64,000 nt of DNA from an uncultured Candidatus Sumerlaeota bacterium (GTDB lineage Bacteria > CAYMEV01): positions 124,001 to 188,000 of the forward strand of contig CAYMEV010000002.1 in NCBI GenBank assembly GCA_964389675.1, in the 5' to 3' direction. The position numbers and the translations under genes are program-made. The notes below the pieces were generated by a model that was given only the letters and a program-made list of their open reading frames with translations, ran no database searches and was not told the origin of the DNA. Shown in pieces: positions 10,814-18,899 of the stretch (position 1 is the stretch's first letter; every line of letters begins with the position of its first letter).

Positions 10814-11536
10814 ATGAGAAGGATAATATTATTCATTGCTGTATTTGCTTTTTCTATCAATTGTTTGTCTCAGGAGCTTGATTTTTTCAGCCCGGAGAGG
10901 ATTATGCCCGGTTATGAGGCCAGGTATTTAAAGACAGTCAACGAAGATGGCAGGGACTTGTTTTCAGGGATTATTTCAATTCAAAAGCTTGAAACCAGTG
11001 AAGATGATAATAAAGACCAAAGGTTTATTATAGGCTATATGGATAAGGGGTCAGCAAAAAAGATAGATGAATTCTTAATAACCTATGATAAAGCTGCAAA
11101 GCATATAGTCAAAGTCCAGCAGATCATAGACGGTATTGCTGTAGATATAGAGAAAGAAGACGGAATTAAAGAACCTTACCTTCTTATGCAGAAGGACAGC
11201 CTTGATAAGATCTCACCAAAGAGGGAGAAACTGTCAGAAGAGATTAAAATACTTGATATACTGGTTCCTGCTGAGCTGGATAAATATTCATATACACTGA
11301 AAAATGAAGTTAAAGACCCGAATAATCCATATCTGGTCCTCAGTGTTACATCCAGGATTGAAGAAAGGAAGTATACAGGCAGGCAAAAGGATCTTCCTCC
11401 ATTGCTGAGATATGAAAAGGAAACGGTTGTATCCAAAAGATTTGTCAATAAAAGGGATCCTGAAAGAAAATACCCAATGAACAGGGATATTCCAATGATA
11501 ACAGTGATTGAGCTTATTGAGTATAAGAGAAGGTAG
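10814..11536 (+). CDS. Secreted hypothetical protein
   Basis: AAGGAG RBS; signal peptide MRRIILFIAVFAFSINCLS; 19 bp after the upstream gene. Confidence 0.75.
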   Translation: MRRIILFIAVFAFSINCLSQELDFFSPERIMPGYEARYLKTVNEDGRDLFSGIISIQKLETSEDDNKDQRFIIGYMDKGSAKKIDEFLITYDKAAKHIVKVQQIIDGIAVDIEKEDGIKEPYLLMQKDSLDKISPKREKLSEEIKILDILVPAELDKYSYTLKNEVKDPNNPYLVLSVTSRIEERKYTGRQKDLPPLLRYEKETVVSKRFVNKRDPERKYPMNRDIPMITVIELIEYKRR

Positions 11537-11541
11537 TTTAA

Positions 11542-11572
11542 TTGCAGGGCTCCATATAGTGAAGCCCTGCAA
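11542..11572. terminator. Hairpin between convergent genes, probable terminator
   Basis: TTGCAGGGCT...AGCCCTGCAA, 10-bp stem; no strong U-tract. Confidence 0.55.
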
Positions 11573-11583
11573 GGCTGTTTGTA

Positions 11584-12663
11584 CTAACTTTTTTTCCTGA
11601 AATCTTTCATGAATCCTATGAGTTTTTCAACGCCATCAAGCGGGAAAGAATTATAGACAGATACCCTTATGCCTCCGACTGACCTGTGACCCTTCAGGCC
11701 CATCAGATCTATTTCGGAAGCTTCTTTTACAAACCGGGCTTCCAGATCCTCAGATGGCAATCTGAAGGTTATATTCATGACGGACCTTGAATCTTTTTCA
11801 GCATGTCCCCTGTAAAAATCAGGATAAAGGTCAATTGTGTCATAAACCAGTCCGGCTTTTTTGTTATTATTGCTTTCGATTGCGGACAATCCGCCATTAT
11901 CAAGCATCCAGGAAAGCACCTCATTGATTATATAAATGCCAAATACCGGAGGTGTATTGAATGTACTCTTTTTTTCAGAATGCGTCTTATAAAGTGTCAT
12001 TGTAGGATGATCAGATGAAGCTTTTTCAAGGAAACTCTTCTTAATAAATACTACAGTAACTCCTGCAGGGCCTATGTTTTTCTGTGCGCCTGCATAAATC
12101 AGGTCAAAATCAGTAAAGTTGATCCTTTTGCATAGTATATCAGAGCTCATATCGCATATCAGCGGGACACCCTTTATTCTGGGGTATTCTTTCCATTGGG
12201 TGCCGTATATGGTGTTATTTGATGTAACATGGAGATAAACTGGATTTGATGAAAAATTGTGTGTTTTTGGCAGATATGAAAAATTTTTATCTTCAGAGGA
12301 ACTTGCAACATTAACATTTCCAAAGAATTTTGCTTCTTTAATTGCCTTTTTTGCCCATGTGCCAGTATTTATATAATCAGCTGTCTGGTCTTTTGACAAA
12401 AAATTAAGGGGAATCAGGTAAAATTGTGTGCTTGCACCGCCTCCGAGGAATAATATGTCATAATCATCGCCAATGTTCATCAGGGTATGAAACCGTTCAA
12501 TGCACTCTTCATACATTTTGTTGAATTCTTTGCCCCTGTGGCTCATCTCAAGAACACCGATTCCGCTCTGTCTGAAATTTATGATATCTTCCCTTGCCTT
12601 CTCCAGTACCGGCAATGGCAATACTGCCGGACCCGGGGAAAAATTATATTTTCTGTTATACAT
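11584..12663 (-). CDS. serC: Phosphoserine aminotransferase
   Basis: YNFSPGPAVLP, EMSHR, DMSS, YAGAQKNIGPAG (PLP Lys), NTPP, KGHRSVGGIR. Confidence 0.96.
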   Translation of the reverse strand: MYNRKYNFSPGPAVLPLPVLEKAREDIINFRQSGIGVLEMSHRGKEFNKMYEECIERFHTLMNIGDDYDILFLGGGASTQFYLIPLNFLSKDQTADYINTGTWAKKAIKEAKFFGNVNVASSSEDKNFSYLPKTHNFSSNPVYLHVTSNNTIYGTQWKEYPRIKGVPLICDMSSDILCKRINFTDFDLIYAGAQKNIGPAGVTVVFIKKSFLEKASSDHPTMTLYKTHSEKKSTFNTPPVFGIYIINEVLSWMLDNGGLSAIESNNNKKAGLVYDTIDLYPDFYRGHAEKDSRSVMNITFRLPSEDLEARFVKEASEIDLMGLKGHRSVGGIRVSVYNSFPLDGVEKLIGFMKDFRKKS

Positions 12664-12737
12664 AAATACCTCCTTTTATGATGAACTTTATACATATAGT
12701 CTAATATTTGCCAATTTAATCAAGAAAAATAAAATAC

Positions 12738-12765
12738 TTGAATTTGAACGCTTTGCACATATAAT
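12738..12765 (+). promoter_or_regulatory. Candidate sigma70 promoter of the tmk operon
   Basis: TTGAAT-N16-TATAAT, ending 12 bp before the tmk ATG. Confidence 0.45.
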
Positions 12766-12777
12766 GCTTTTGTTATT

Positions 12778-13419
12778 ATGAGTAAGAATAGAGGAAGACT
12801 AATTACATTTGAAGGTCTTGACGGTTCAGGCAAGACAACACAGATAAGGCTTTTGTCAGCCTTCCTGTCAGAAAATAAAATAAATTGCACCCTTGCCCGT
12901 GAACCGGGAGGAACTGCTGCAGGGGACAGGATAAGGGATATACTGATAAGCAGTGATCACAAGCTCTGCAGAGAGACGGAGCTTCTGCTGATAGAGGCAT
13001 CAAGAGCACAGATTGTGCAGGAGGTTCTACTGCCGGAACTGGAAAAGGGAAAATGGGTGCTGCTGGACAGGTATTATGATGCTACAATTGCATACCAGGC
13101 ATTCGGCAGGGGAGTTGATATTGAGATATGCAACTGCCTTAACAGCTTTACTACATTCGGCATTGAGCCTGATATGACATTTCTGCTTGCTATTGATCCT
13201 GTTGAGGGCTTGAGAAGGAAAAAAAATCAGTTTGAGGATATGCTGGACAGGTTTGAAAATGAATCATATGAGTTTTTCAGGAAAGTATCAGAAGGATATG
13301 ACTATATTATGGCTGCTAACAGACACAGGGTTGTGCAGATATGTGGTTCAGATCCTGCTGATAAAATTGCTCAAATTATAAAAGGCCATATATTAAGGCT
13401 TATTGAAGGTAAGAAATGA
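12778..13419 (+). CDS. tmk: Thymidylate kinase
   Basis: FEGLDGSGKTTQ, REPGG, DRY, AYQ, DRFE. Confidence 0.96.
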   Translation: MSKNRGRLITFEGLDGSGKTTQIRLLSAFLSENKINCTLAREPGGTAAGDRIRDILISSDHKLCRETELLLIEASRAQIVQEVLLPELEKGKWVLLDRYYDATIAYQAFGRGVDIEICNCLNSFTTFGIEPDMTFLLAIDPVEGLRRKKNQFEDMLDRFENESYEFFRKVSEGYDYIMAANRHRVVQICGSDPADKIAQIIKGHILRLIEGKK

Positions 13420-14336
13420 AATTGTTCAGCAGTATTACAGGGCACGAATATCAGAAAAAGCTGCTGACACAGCTTTTGAAGTCAGGAAGGGTGCCCCATC
13501 TGATGCTTTTTTCCGGCCCTGAATCAATAGGGAAATTTGAGATGGCAGTTGAATTTGCCAAAGCTCTTCTCTGTAAAGAGGAAGAATTCTACTGCGGCAA
13601 TTGTGAAATATGCAGACAGCAGTTTGATATTCACGTTATTGAGAGAGACGGCAGTTATATCAAAATAAACCAGCTGAGAGAGATGCAGTCCATTGCCGAA
13701 GAGGGGCCATTCAGGGCTGACAGGGTCATCTTTCTTATAAGGGATGCAGAATATATGAATGAAGAGGCAATGAATTCTTCATTAAGGATATTTGAAGAAC
13801 CTTATCCTGACGTGAATATCATATTAATAACCCAGAACAAGACAAAACTTTTGCAGACAATTATTTCCAGGTGTTTTGAAATAGATTTTTATCATCTCAG
13901 GGAGAAAGAGATCATAAGTATCCTCAAGGAAAAAATGGGTTTCAGTGATGAAAAGACAGGCGAATATATAAATATTTCAGAAAGCTCACTGGAATTTGTC
14001 AGTGCCGTTGATTCAGAACTGTTTAAGAAGCTTTACGAAGATGGAACCTACAGGATATATAGCATGCTGATAAATGACTGCACTATATTAAACATCACCA
14101 GGGTCCTGGATATTATCAGCAGAAAGGATATATTGCTTTTTTTCAGGCTTTTTATAGGCTATTTAGAAAAAAACATGAATAATCTTATTAATCTGCTGAA
14201 GGACAGGTATAATCATTTAATGAAGCTTGTAATAAGCCATATGGAGATGTATACTTCATATAACCTTAACGAAACAGTATTTCTGGAATCATTTTTATTA
14301 AGACTGAAAGGGGTTTTAGAGAATAGCCATGATTGA
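13416..14336 (+). CDS. holB: DNA polymerase III subunit delta'
   Basis: HLMLFSGPESIGK, Zn motif C..CGNCEIC, EEP, TIISRC; conserved position after tmk. Confidence 0.9.
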   Translation: MKLFSSITGHEYQKKLLTQLLKSGRVPHLMLFSGPESIGKFEMAVEFAKALLCKEEEFYCGNCEICRQQFDIHVIERDGSYIKINQLREMQSIAEEGPFRADRVIFLIRDAEYMNEEAMNSSLRIFEEPYPDVNIILITQNKTKLLQTIISRCFEIDFYHLREKEIISILKEKMGFSDEKTGEYINISESSLEFVSAVDSELFKKLYEDGTYRIYSMLINDCTILNITRVLDIISRKDILLFFRLFIGYLEKNMNNLINLLKDRYNHLMKLVISHMEMYTSYNLNETVFLESFLLRLKGVLENSHD

Positions 14337-15459
14337 GAAGGATAAATGTTATAATACCTATCTGTTTTATTTTCAGCAGCTTGGAAAATGCTATCCATAT
14401 CAGATAGAAAAAAATGATATTGATATTAAGGTTGGAGATTTTGTTATACTGGATACTGAAAAGGGGATTGAGTATTCCATAACAAAAAAGGTCTATCTTG
14501 ATAATAAGAAAAGAAGCAGCTTTTATATCAAGAATTTTCTCAGGAAAGCAAGTGATGAAGATCTTGATACTATCAAAAAGATCGAATCTCTTGAAAAGGA
14601 AGCATATCAGCTCTGTAAATCAAAGGGATATGAGCTTAACCTTCAGATGAAGCTGATAAAAGTCAAATATCTTTTTGATTTTTCAAAGGTTATCTTCTAT
14701 TTTACCGCCAACGGGAGGATAGATTTCCGCGAGCTTGTCAAGCAGCTTGCCTTTAAGCTTAAAACAAGGATTGAAATGAGGCAGATAGGTATAAGGGACG
14801 AGGCTAAGATATTAGGGGGGCTGGGTATCTGTGGCCAGCATACCTGCTGTAACCTTTTTATGTCGAGGTTTGACCCTGTTTCACTGAAAATGGCCCGGGA
14901 CCAGAATCTGTCATGCAACCCTTCAAGGATAAGCGGTGTTTGCGGAAGATTAATGTGCTGTATGTTCTATGAATATTCTACCTATCTTGATCTGAAAAAG
15001 GAATTTCCCAGGGTAGGATATAAAATCCATCATTCTGACGGGATAGCTGAAGTTACAGCGGTAAACTATATATCCAAGAAAGTATGGGTAAGATTCAGCA
15101 AAGATGGCAAGGAAATTATTATGGACCTTGATTCAATCAGGGAACTGAACTGGGAATCAACAGAAGAGATTTCAGAAGAGCCTTGCGATGAGGAGGAAAT
15201 GGAATACCCGGATAATATTCCATACAGGAACAGCAATGATTCATTGCCTGCAGAGGAAAGCAAGCCTTTTCCCGAAAGCTCTCCCGGCGGTAATAAAAAT
15301 CCGCAGAGTGCCAAAATACCACACTCTGAAAAAGACAATGAATCAAAGAAAACTGGCAAAAAGACGGAAAAAAAGCAGGTTTTTTACAGTAAGACCGCCA
15401 AAAAGCTTGCAGAAAAATCCTATTCCAAGAGGCCTTTCAAGGTACCCAAGCGAAAATAG
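14329..15459 (+). CDS. ricT: PSP1-domain protein (YaaT/RicT family) with low-complexity charged C-tail
   Basis: FYFTANGRIDFRELVK, RIEMRQIG, GICG..CC, SGVCGRLMCC; tmk-holB-PSP1 synteny. Confidence 0.88.
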   Translation: MIEKDKCYNTYLFYFQQLGKCYPYQIEKNDIDIKVGDFVILDTEKGIEYSITKKVYLDNKKRSSFYIKNFLRKASDEDLDTIKKIESLEKEAYQLCKSKGYELNLQMKLIKVKYLFDFSKVIFYFTANGRIDFRELVKQLAFKLKTRIEMRQIGIRDEAKILGGLGICGQHTCCNLFMSRFDPVSLKMARDQNLSCNPSRISGVCGRLMCCMFYEYSTYLDLKKEFPRVGYKIHHSDGIAEVTAVNYISKKVWVRFSKDGKEIIMDLDSIRELNWESTEEISEEPCDEEEMEYPDNIPYRNSNDSLPAEESKPFPESSPGGNKNPQSAKIPHSEKDNESKKTGKKTEKKQVFYSKTAKKLAEKSYSKRPFKVPKRK

Positions 15460-15467
15460 CCTGATAG

Positions 15468-17165
15468 ATGGAAGATTTTTATTTATATATTAAAAATGTG
15501 CTTGAAAAACTGCTTGTATTAATAGAACCTTTTGAAAATAGCCGTCCTGCAAGAATAAAATATGCTGTTATCAGAATTCAGAAAGCCTGTTCAGCAAGAT
15601 CATCAAAAAGATATATCGAACCAGTCAGTTTTAAGAGAAATTCACCTGCATTATTCTTCCTGGTCAGGTTATTTTCATATATTAACCAGTATATTGATTT
15701 TTATGACAGGAATGACAGAAAAATATCTGTGGATGCTTTGAAAATCAGGAATAACAGTCAATGGATTACCGAAACTGCAGTAGGGCCGAATGATGTAATG
15801 GCATATATATCTGGTAAATGCGGTATTAAGTGTGACTTTTGCTATCTTAAGGGCAATCCTGATTTTATGAACAGGCTGAACAGGGGTATTAGTGAAGATG
15901 AGATCCTGTACAGGCTTGAATTGTTCAAGCATGGAAAATGCTTCACGCAGAGAAATATACTTTCTACCGATGAACAGACTACACATCCCTTGTTCCTGTC
16001 CGCTCTTAAGGGGATAAGAGAAAAGAACAGGGCTCCTGTATACATAGAGACCAATGGAGTTAATCTTACTGAGGATATGATAAAATCTATAAAAAAACTG
16101 GGCAGGATCCACCTTAATGTGTCTGTTAATATCCTGACTGAGGAGCTCAGGAAAAGCATTCTTTGCGATAAAAAACCGGACAGGATAAGAAAAAACCTGA
16201 GACTGCTGTCTGAAAATGAGATCCCGTATTCAGTCAGCATTGTCCCCTGGCACACAGTGCCGGAAGAAGAGACAGCCAAGATTGCAGAATTTTGCTCGGA
16301 TATTAATGTAAATCACATTCTTATCAGGCTTCCGGGTTATACATCCTTTTATTCCAGGAGAAAACTGTATGATCTTGATGAGCTCTGGTCAAAAAATATA
16401 GATATTGCAGAGGATATCAGAAACAGGTTCCAAATTCCGGTTATCGTGCAGCCAAGCAAGTATGAACAGCTTCGTGCGGATAAATACTGGGAATATCCCT
16501 TTGTCCTTGGTATTATTAAAAATTCACCTGCATCAAGGAGCGGATTAAAGTATTCTGATCATATATTGAGAATTAACGGGCAGAGGATGCTCTGGAGAAA
16601 CGAGGCTATAAAATCCCTGCTCATGCACCATATTAATGAAAGTGATATTAATCTCAGAATTCTCAGGGACGGGGTTCAATCAGATATCAGAGTTAAATAC
16701 GGTTCAGGGTCATATCCTTATGATGTCTCGGATTACAGGTGCCCCTACGGGATATATTCATCAGATGATATAGATTACAAGAGCCTGATCTATATGAAAA
16801 ATTTAATCTCTGTCCTCAATCCCCAAAATGCTGTCCTGATAACTTCAAAACTCATGCTGAAGTCCTATAAAAAGCTGGTCGAGCTCTTTAATCTGAAAAA
16901 GGATTTTGAAAATCTAAAACCACATATAGTACCGAATCTGTATTTTGGCGGAAATGTTTTTATGGGCGATCTGCTGGTAGTCAGTGATATTATTGATTAT
17001 CTGGACTCATTGCACAGACAGGGGAAAGATATCGATGCTGTCCTTATTCCTTCAAGCATGTTCAATGAATATGGAAATGACCTTCTGGGAAGATGCTATA
17101 AGGAGATAGAATATATTACCGGAAGAAAAGTTTTCCTGATTCCCGCCCATATTATTTCTCTTTAG
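15468..17165 (+). CDS. Radical SAM protein with internal PDZ domain and C-terminal DUF512-like domain
   Basis: CGIKCDFC (CxxxCxxC), ETNG; PDZ-like NSPASRSGLKYSDHILRING; DUF512-like NLYFGGNVFMGDLL...VLIP. Confidence 0.8.
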   Translation: MEDFYLYIKNVLEKLLVLIEPFENSRPARIKYAVIRIQKACSARSSKRYIEPVSFKRNSPALFFLVRLFSYINQYIDFYDRNDRKISVDALKIRNNSQWITETAVGPNDVMAYISGKCGIKCDFCYLKGNPDFMNRLNRGISEDEILYRLELFKHGKCFTQRNILSTDEQTTHPLFLSALKGIREKNRAPVYIETNGVNLTEDMIKSIKKLGRIHLNVSVNILTEELRKSILCDKKPDRIRKNLRLLSENEIPYSVSIVPWHTVPEEETAKIAEFCSDINVNHILIRLPGYTSFYSRRKLYDLDELWSKNIDIAEDIRNRFQIPVIVQPSKYEQLRADKYWEYPFVLGIIKNSPASRSGLKYSDHILRINGQRMLWRNEAIKSLLMHHINESDINLRILRDGVQSDIRVKYGSGSYPYDVSDYRCPYGIYSSDDIDYKSLIYMKNLISVLNPQNAVLITSKLMLKSYKKLVELFNLKKDFENLKPHIVPNLYFGGNVFMGDLLVVSDIIDYLDSLHRQGKDIDAVLIPSSMFNEYGNDLLGRCYKEIEYITGRKVFLIPAHIISL

Positions 17166-17367
17166 CTGAGTCATACAGGCTAATTACACGGTTTTCCCCT
17201 ATCAGCCTGAATCCATCGATAGCAATCTCTTCGCCCTTAAATGTCAGGATTACGAGGTCTAATAAGGCTCTTAGGTTCTCCTTTATAAGCTCAAGCCTAG
17301 GATCCCCGTCTCTGACAGTCTTTTCATCAGGTTCTTCAAGATTAATTATAAATTTATAATCTTGCAT
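17152..17367 (-). CDS. Small hypothetical protein (71 aa)
   Basis: AAAGGAG RBS upstream of the ATG; normal globular composition; divergent from the peptide gene. Confidence 0.65.
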   Translation of the reverse strand: MQDYKFIINLEEPDEKTVRDGDPRLELIKENLRALLDLVILTFKGEEIAIDGFRLIGENRVISLYDSAKEK

Positions 17368-17461
17368 TACTTACTCCTTTAGATTTTCAGATCATGCATA
17401 ATAACCGACTTAATTATTCTATGCACAAAAAAAAAAAAATAAATAAAAATCCTTTTTTTAT

Positions 17462-17491
17462 TTGACAAACGGTAATAATTGAATGTATATA
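17462..17491 (+). promoter_or_regulatory. Candidate sigma70 promoter for the peptide gene
   Basis: Perfect TTGACA at 17462, TATATA 18 bp downstream, A/T tracts upstream. A second TTGACA lies at 17600. Confidence 0.45.
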
Positions 17492-17685
17492 GTATTATTA
17501 AGAACGGAGAGTTGTATAAGGATGATTGCATATAAAGAAGTATTAGCAGATATAAAAAAAAATAATTCTCAGTTTTTTATAAAATTATGAATATTTTTTT
17601 TGACATTTTTTATAATTTAAGTAAATATGGTAACAATATTAATTAGAATAAAAAAAAACAAATGTGAAAATAAAAGGAGGTTACA

Positions 17686-17901
17686 ATGAAACATTACACA
17701 AGACCAGTTATCGTAAGTCAGAAGAGTTTTGAGACATCAGCACTTGCTTGTATTAAGACACCAGGTGGCGGAAGTATGCATGCTGGAGCAGGAACAACAT
17801 ATATTACAGGTTCCGGAGACATCGGAAATGGAACATTCCATCTCAACACTGGTTACTCATCAACATCATTACCATGTGACTACTTGCTGAACGTTTCATA
17901 A
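17686..17901 (+). CDS. Putative RiPP precursor peptide (71 aa)
   Basis: AGGAGG RBS; leader MKHYTRPVIVSQKSFETSALA with YxxP motif; Gly/Ser/Thr-rich core with Cys22 and Cys64; C-terminal Ser; own terminator; flanked by a kinase and a nucleotidyltransferase. Confidence 0.8.
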   Translation: MKHYTRPVIVSQKSFETSALACIKTPGGGSMHAGAGTTYITGSGDIGNGTFHLNTGYSSTSLPCDYLLNVS

Positions 17902-17918
17902 GTTTTAGATTTCCACAG

Positions 17919-17951
17919 AAAAGGGCCTTTTATTAAAGGCCCTTTTTTTTT
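17919..17951. terminator. Strong intrinsic (bidirectional) terminator after the peptide gene
   Basis: AAAAGGGCCTTT-TATT-AAAGGCCCTTTT followed by a T-run. Confidence 0.9.
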
Positions 17952-17970
17952 GCTTTATCCTTTATCCTTA

Positions 17971-18756
17971 TTATACTATATCAAACACACTCCTGTCCTT
18001 TTTAAAATAAAGGTCATAAAATGCCACTTTTGTTACTAAATCATGTGCCAGAGCCAGCAGTCTTGCATGAAGGCTTTTCTCCTTGCCAAAGAACAGGATG
18101 TTCGGCATCAGCCTGTTAAGTGCAGAACCGGGCTTTAAGATGATTTTTTTGTTGTTTTCATGCTTGTTCAGAAAATATACAGATCTTATTAAAGCTCTGT
18201 CATTAACACCTCCAAATGCAAATTTGCTCATGAACGGAGTGCCGAATGAATAGTAGCTGCCCCTGAATTTCCTTATTGCTACAATCTCATCCGAAAGTAT
18301 GGTAAAATTGTCTCCAAGCTCTGCAATGGTGCTTTTTCCCGACCCTGATTCACCTGTAAATATATAAGCGCTATCATCCCTTTTTATGGAACTCGAATGC
18401 AGCAGGAAGCCATCCAGTTCTATAATAAGGAATACCGAAAAAAATACTCTCAGAAAAGAATCCAGAGAATGTATATTGGGAAAGATGGTGAAAAAACCTT
18501 TTCCTTTAGATAAATCAAAGCTGCCTGAAAGGTCTGGTTTCTCGATATGAATGATCCCTTCCGAAATCTCATAGGAAGGTTCTGCATCGGATCCTGAGCT
18601 ATCGACCTCATACTTGTAGCATATATTGATTAGATAATCAAAACTGCTTTCCTCTGAGATAAATGATTCATATTTTGCAAAAACGCTTTTATGTATATCA
18701 AATTCGAATTCAAATTTTATCTTTATACTGCATATATCCAGGATAATCTCTTTCAT
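17971..18756 (-). CDS. HPr-kinase-related P-loop kinase (ScmC/PadeK-like)
   Basis: GFLLHSSSI, FTGESGSGKST, LSDE, GTPF motifs. Start placed at the second Met (MKEIIL) behind a GGAAAGG RBS; the ORF extends to 18798. Confidence 0.82.
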   Translation of the reverse strand: MKEIILDICSIKIKFEFEFDIHKSVFAKYESFISEESSFDYLINICYKYEVDSSGSDAEPSYEISEGIIHIEKPDLSGSFDLSKGKGFFTIFPNIHSLDSFLRVFFSVFLIIELDGFLLHSSSIKRDDSAYIFTGESGSGKSTIAELGDNFTILSDEIVAIRKFRGSYYSFGTPFMSKFAFGGVNDRALIRSVYFLNKHENNKKIILKPGSALNRLMPNILFFGKEKSLHARLLALAHDLVTKVAFYDLYFKKDRSVFDIV

Positions 18757-18899
18757 AAAATGGCCTTTCCCGTATAAATATTTTTTCCTGTTTAGCATAT
18801 TTTACCCGGAGTTGTCAAACCATATTTTGTCAGTGAGCAACCCGGCATTATTTTCTTGACTTAAAAACCCTATGATATTTACTAAGAGACCTATAAAGC

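Noticed and set aside
10814-10870. Tat signal peptide (MRR...)
   Set aside because: Lacks the S/T-R-R-x-F-L-K consensus; looks like a short Sec signal
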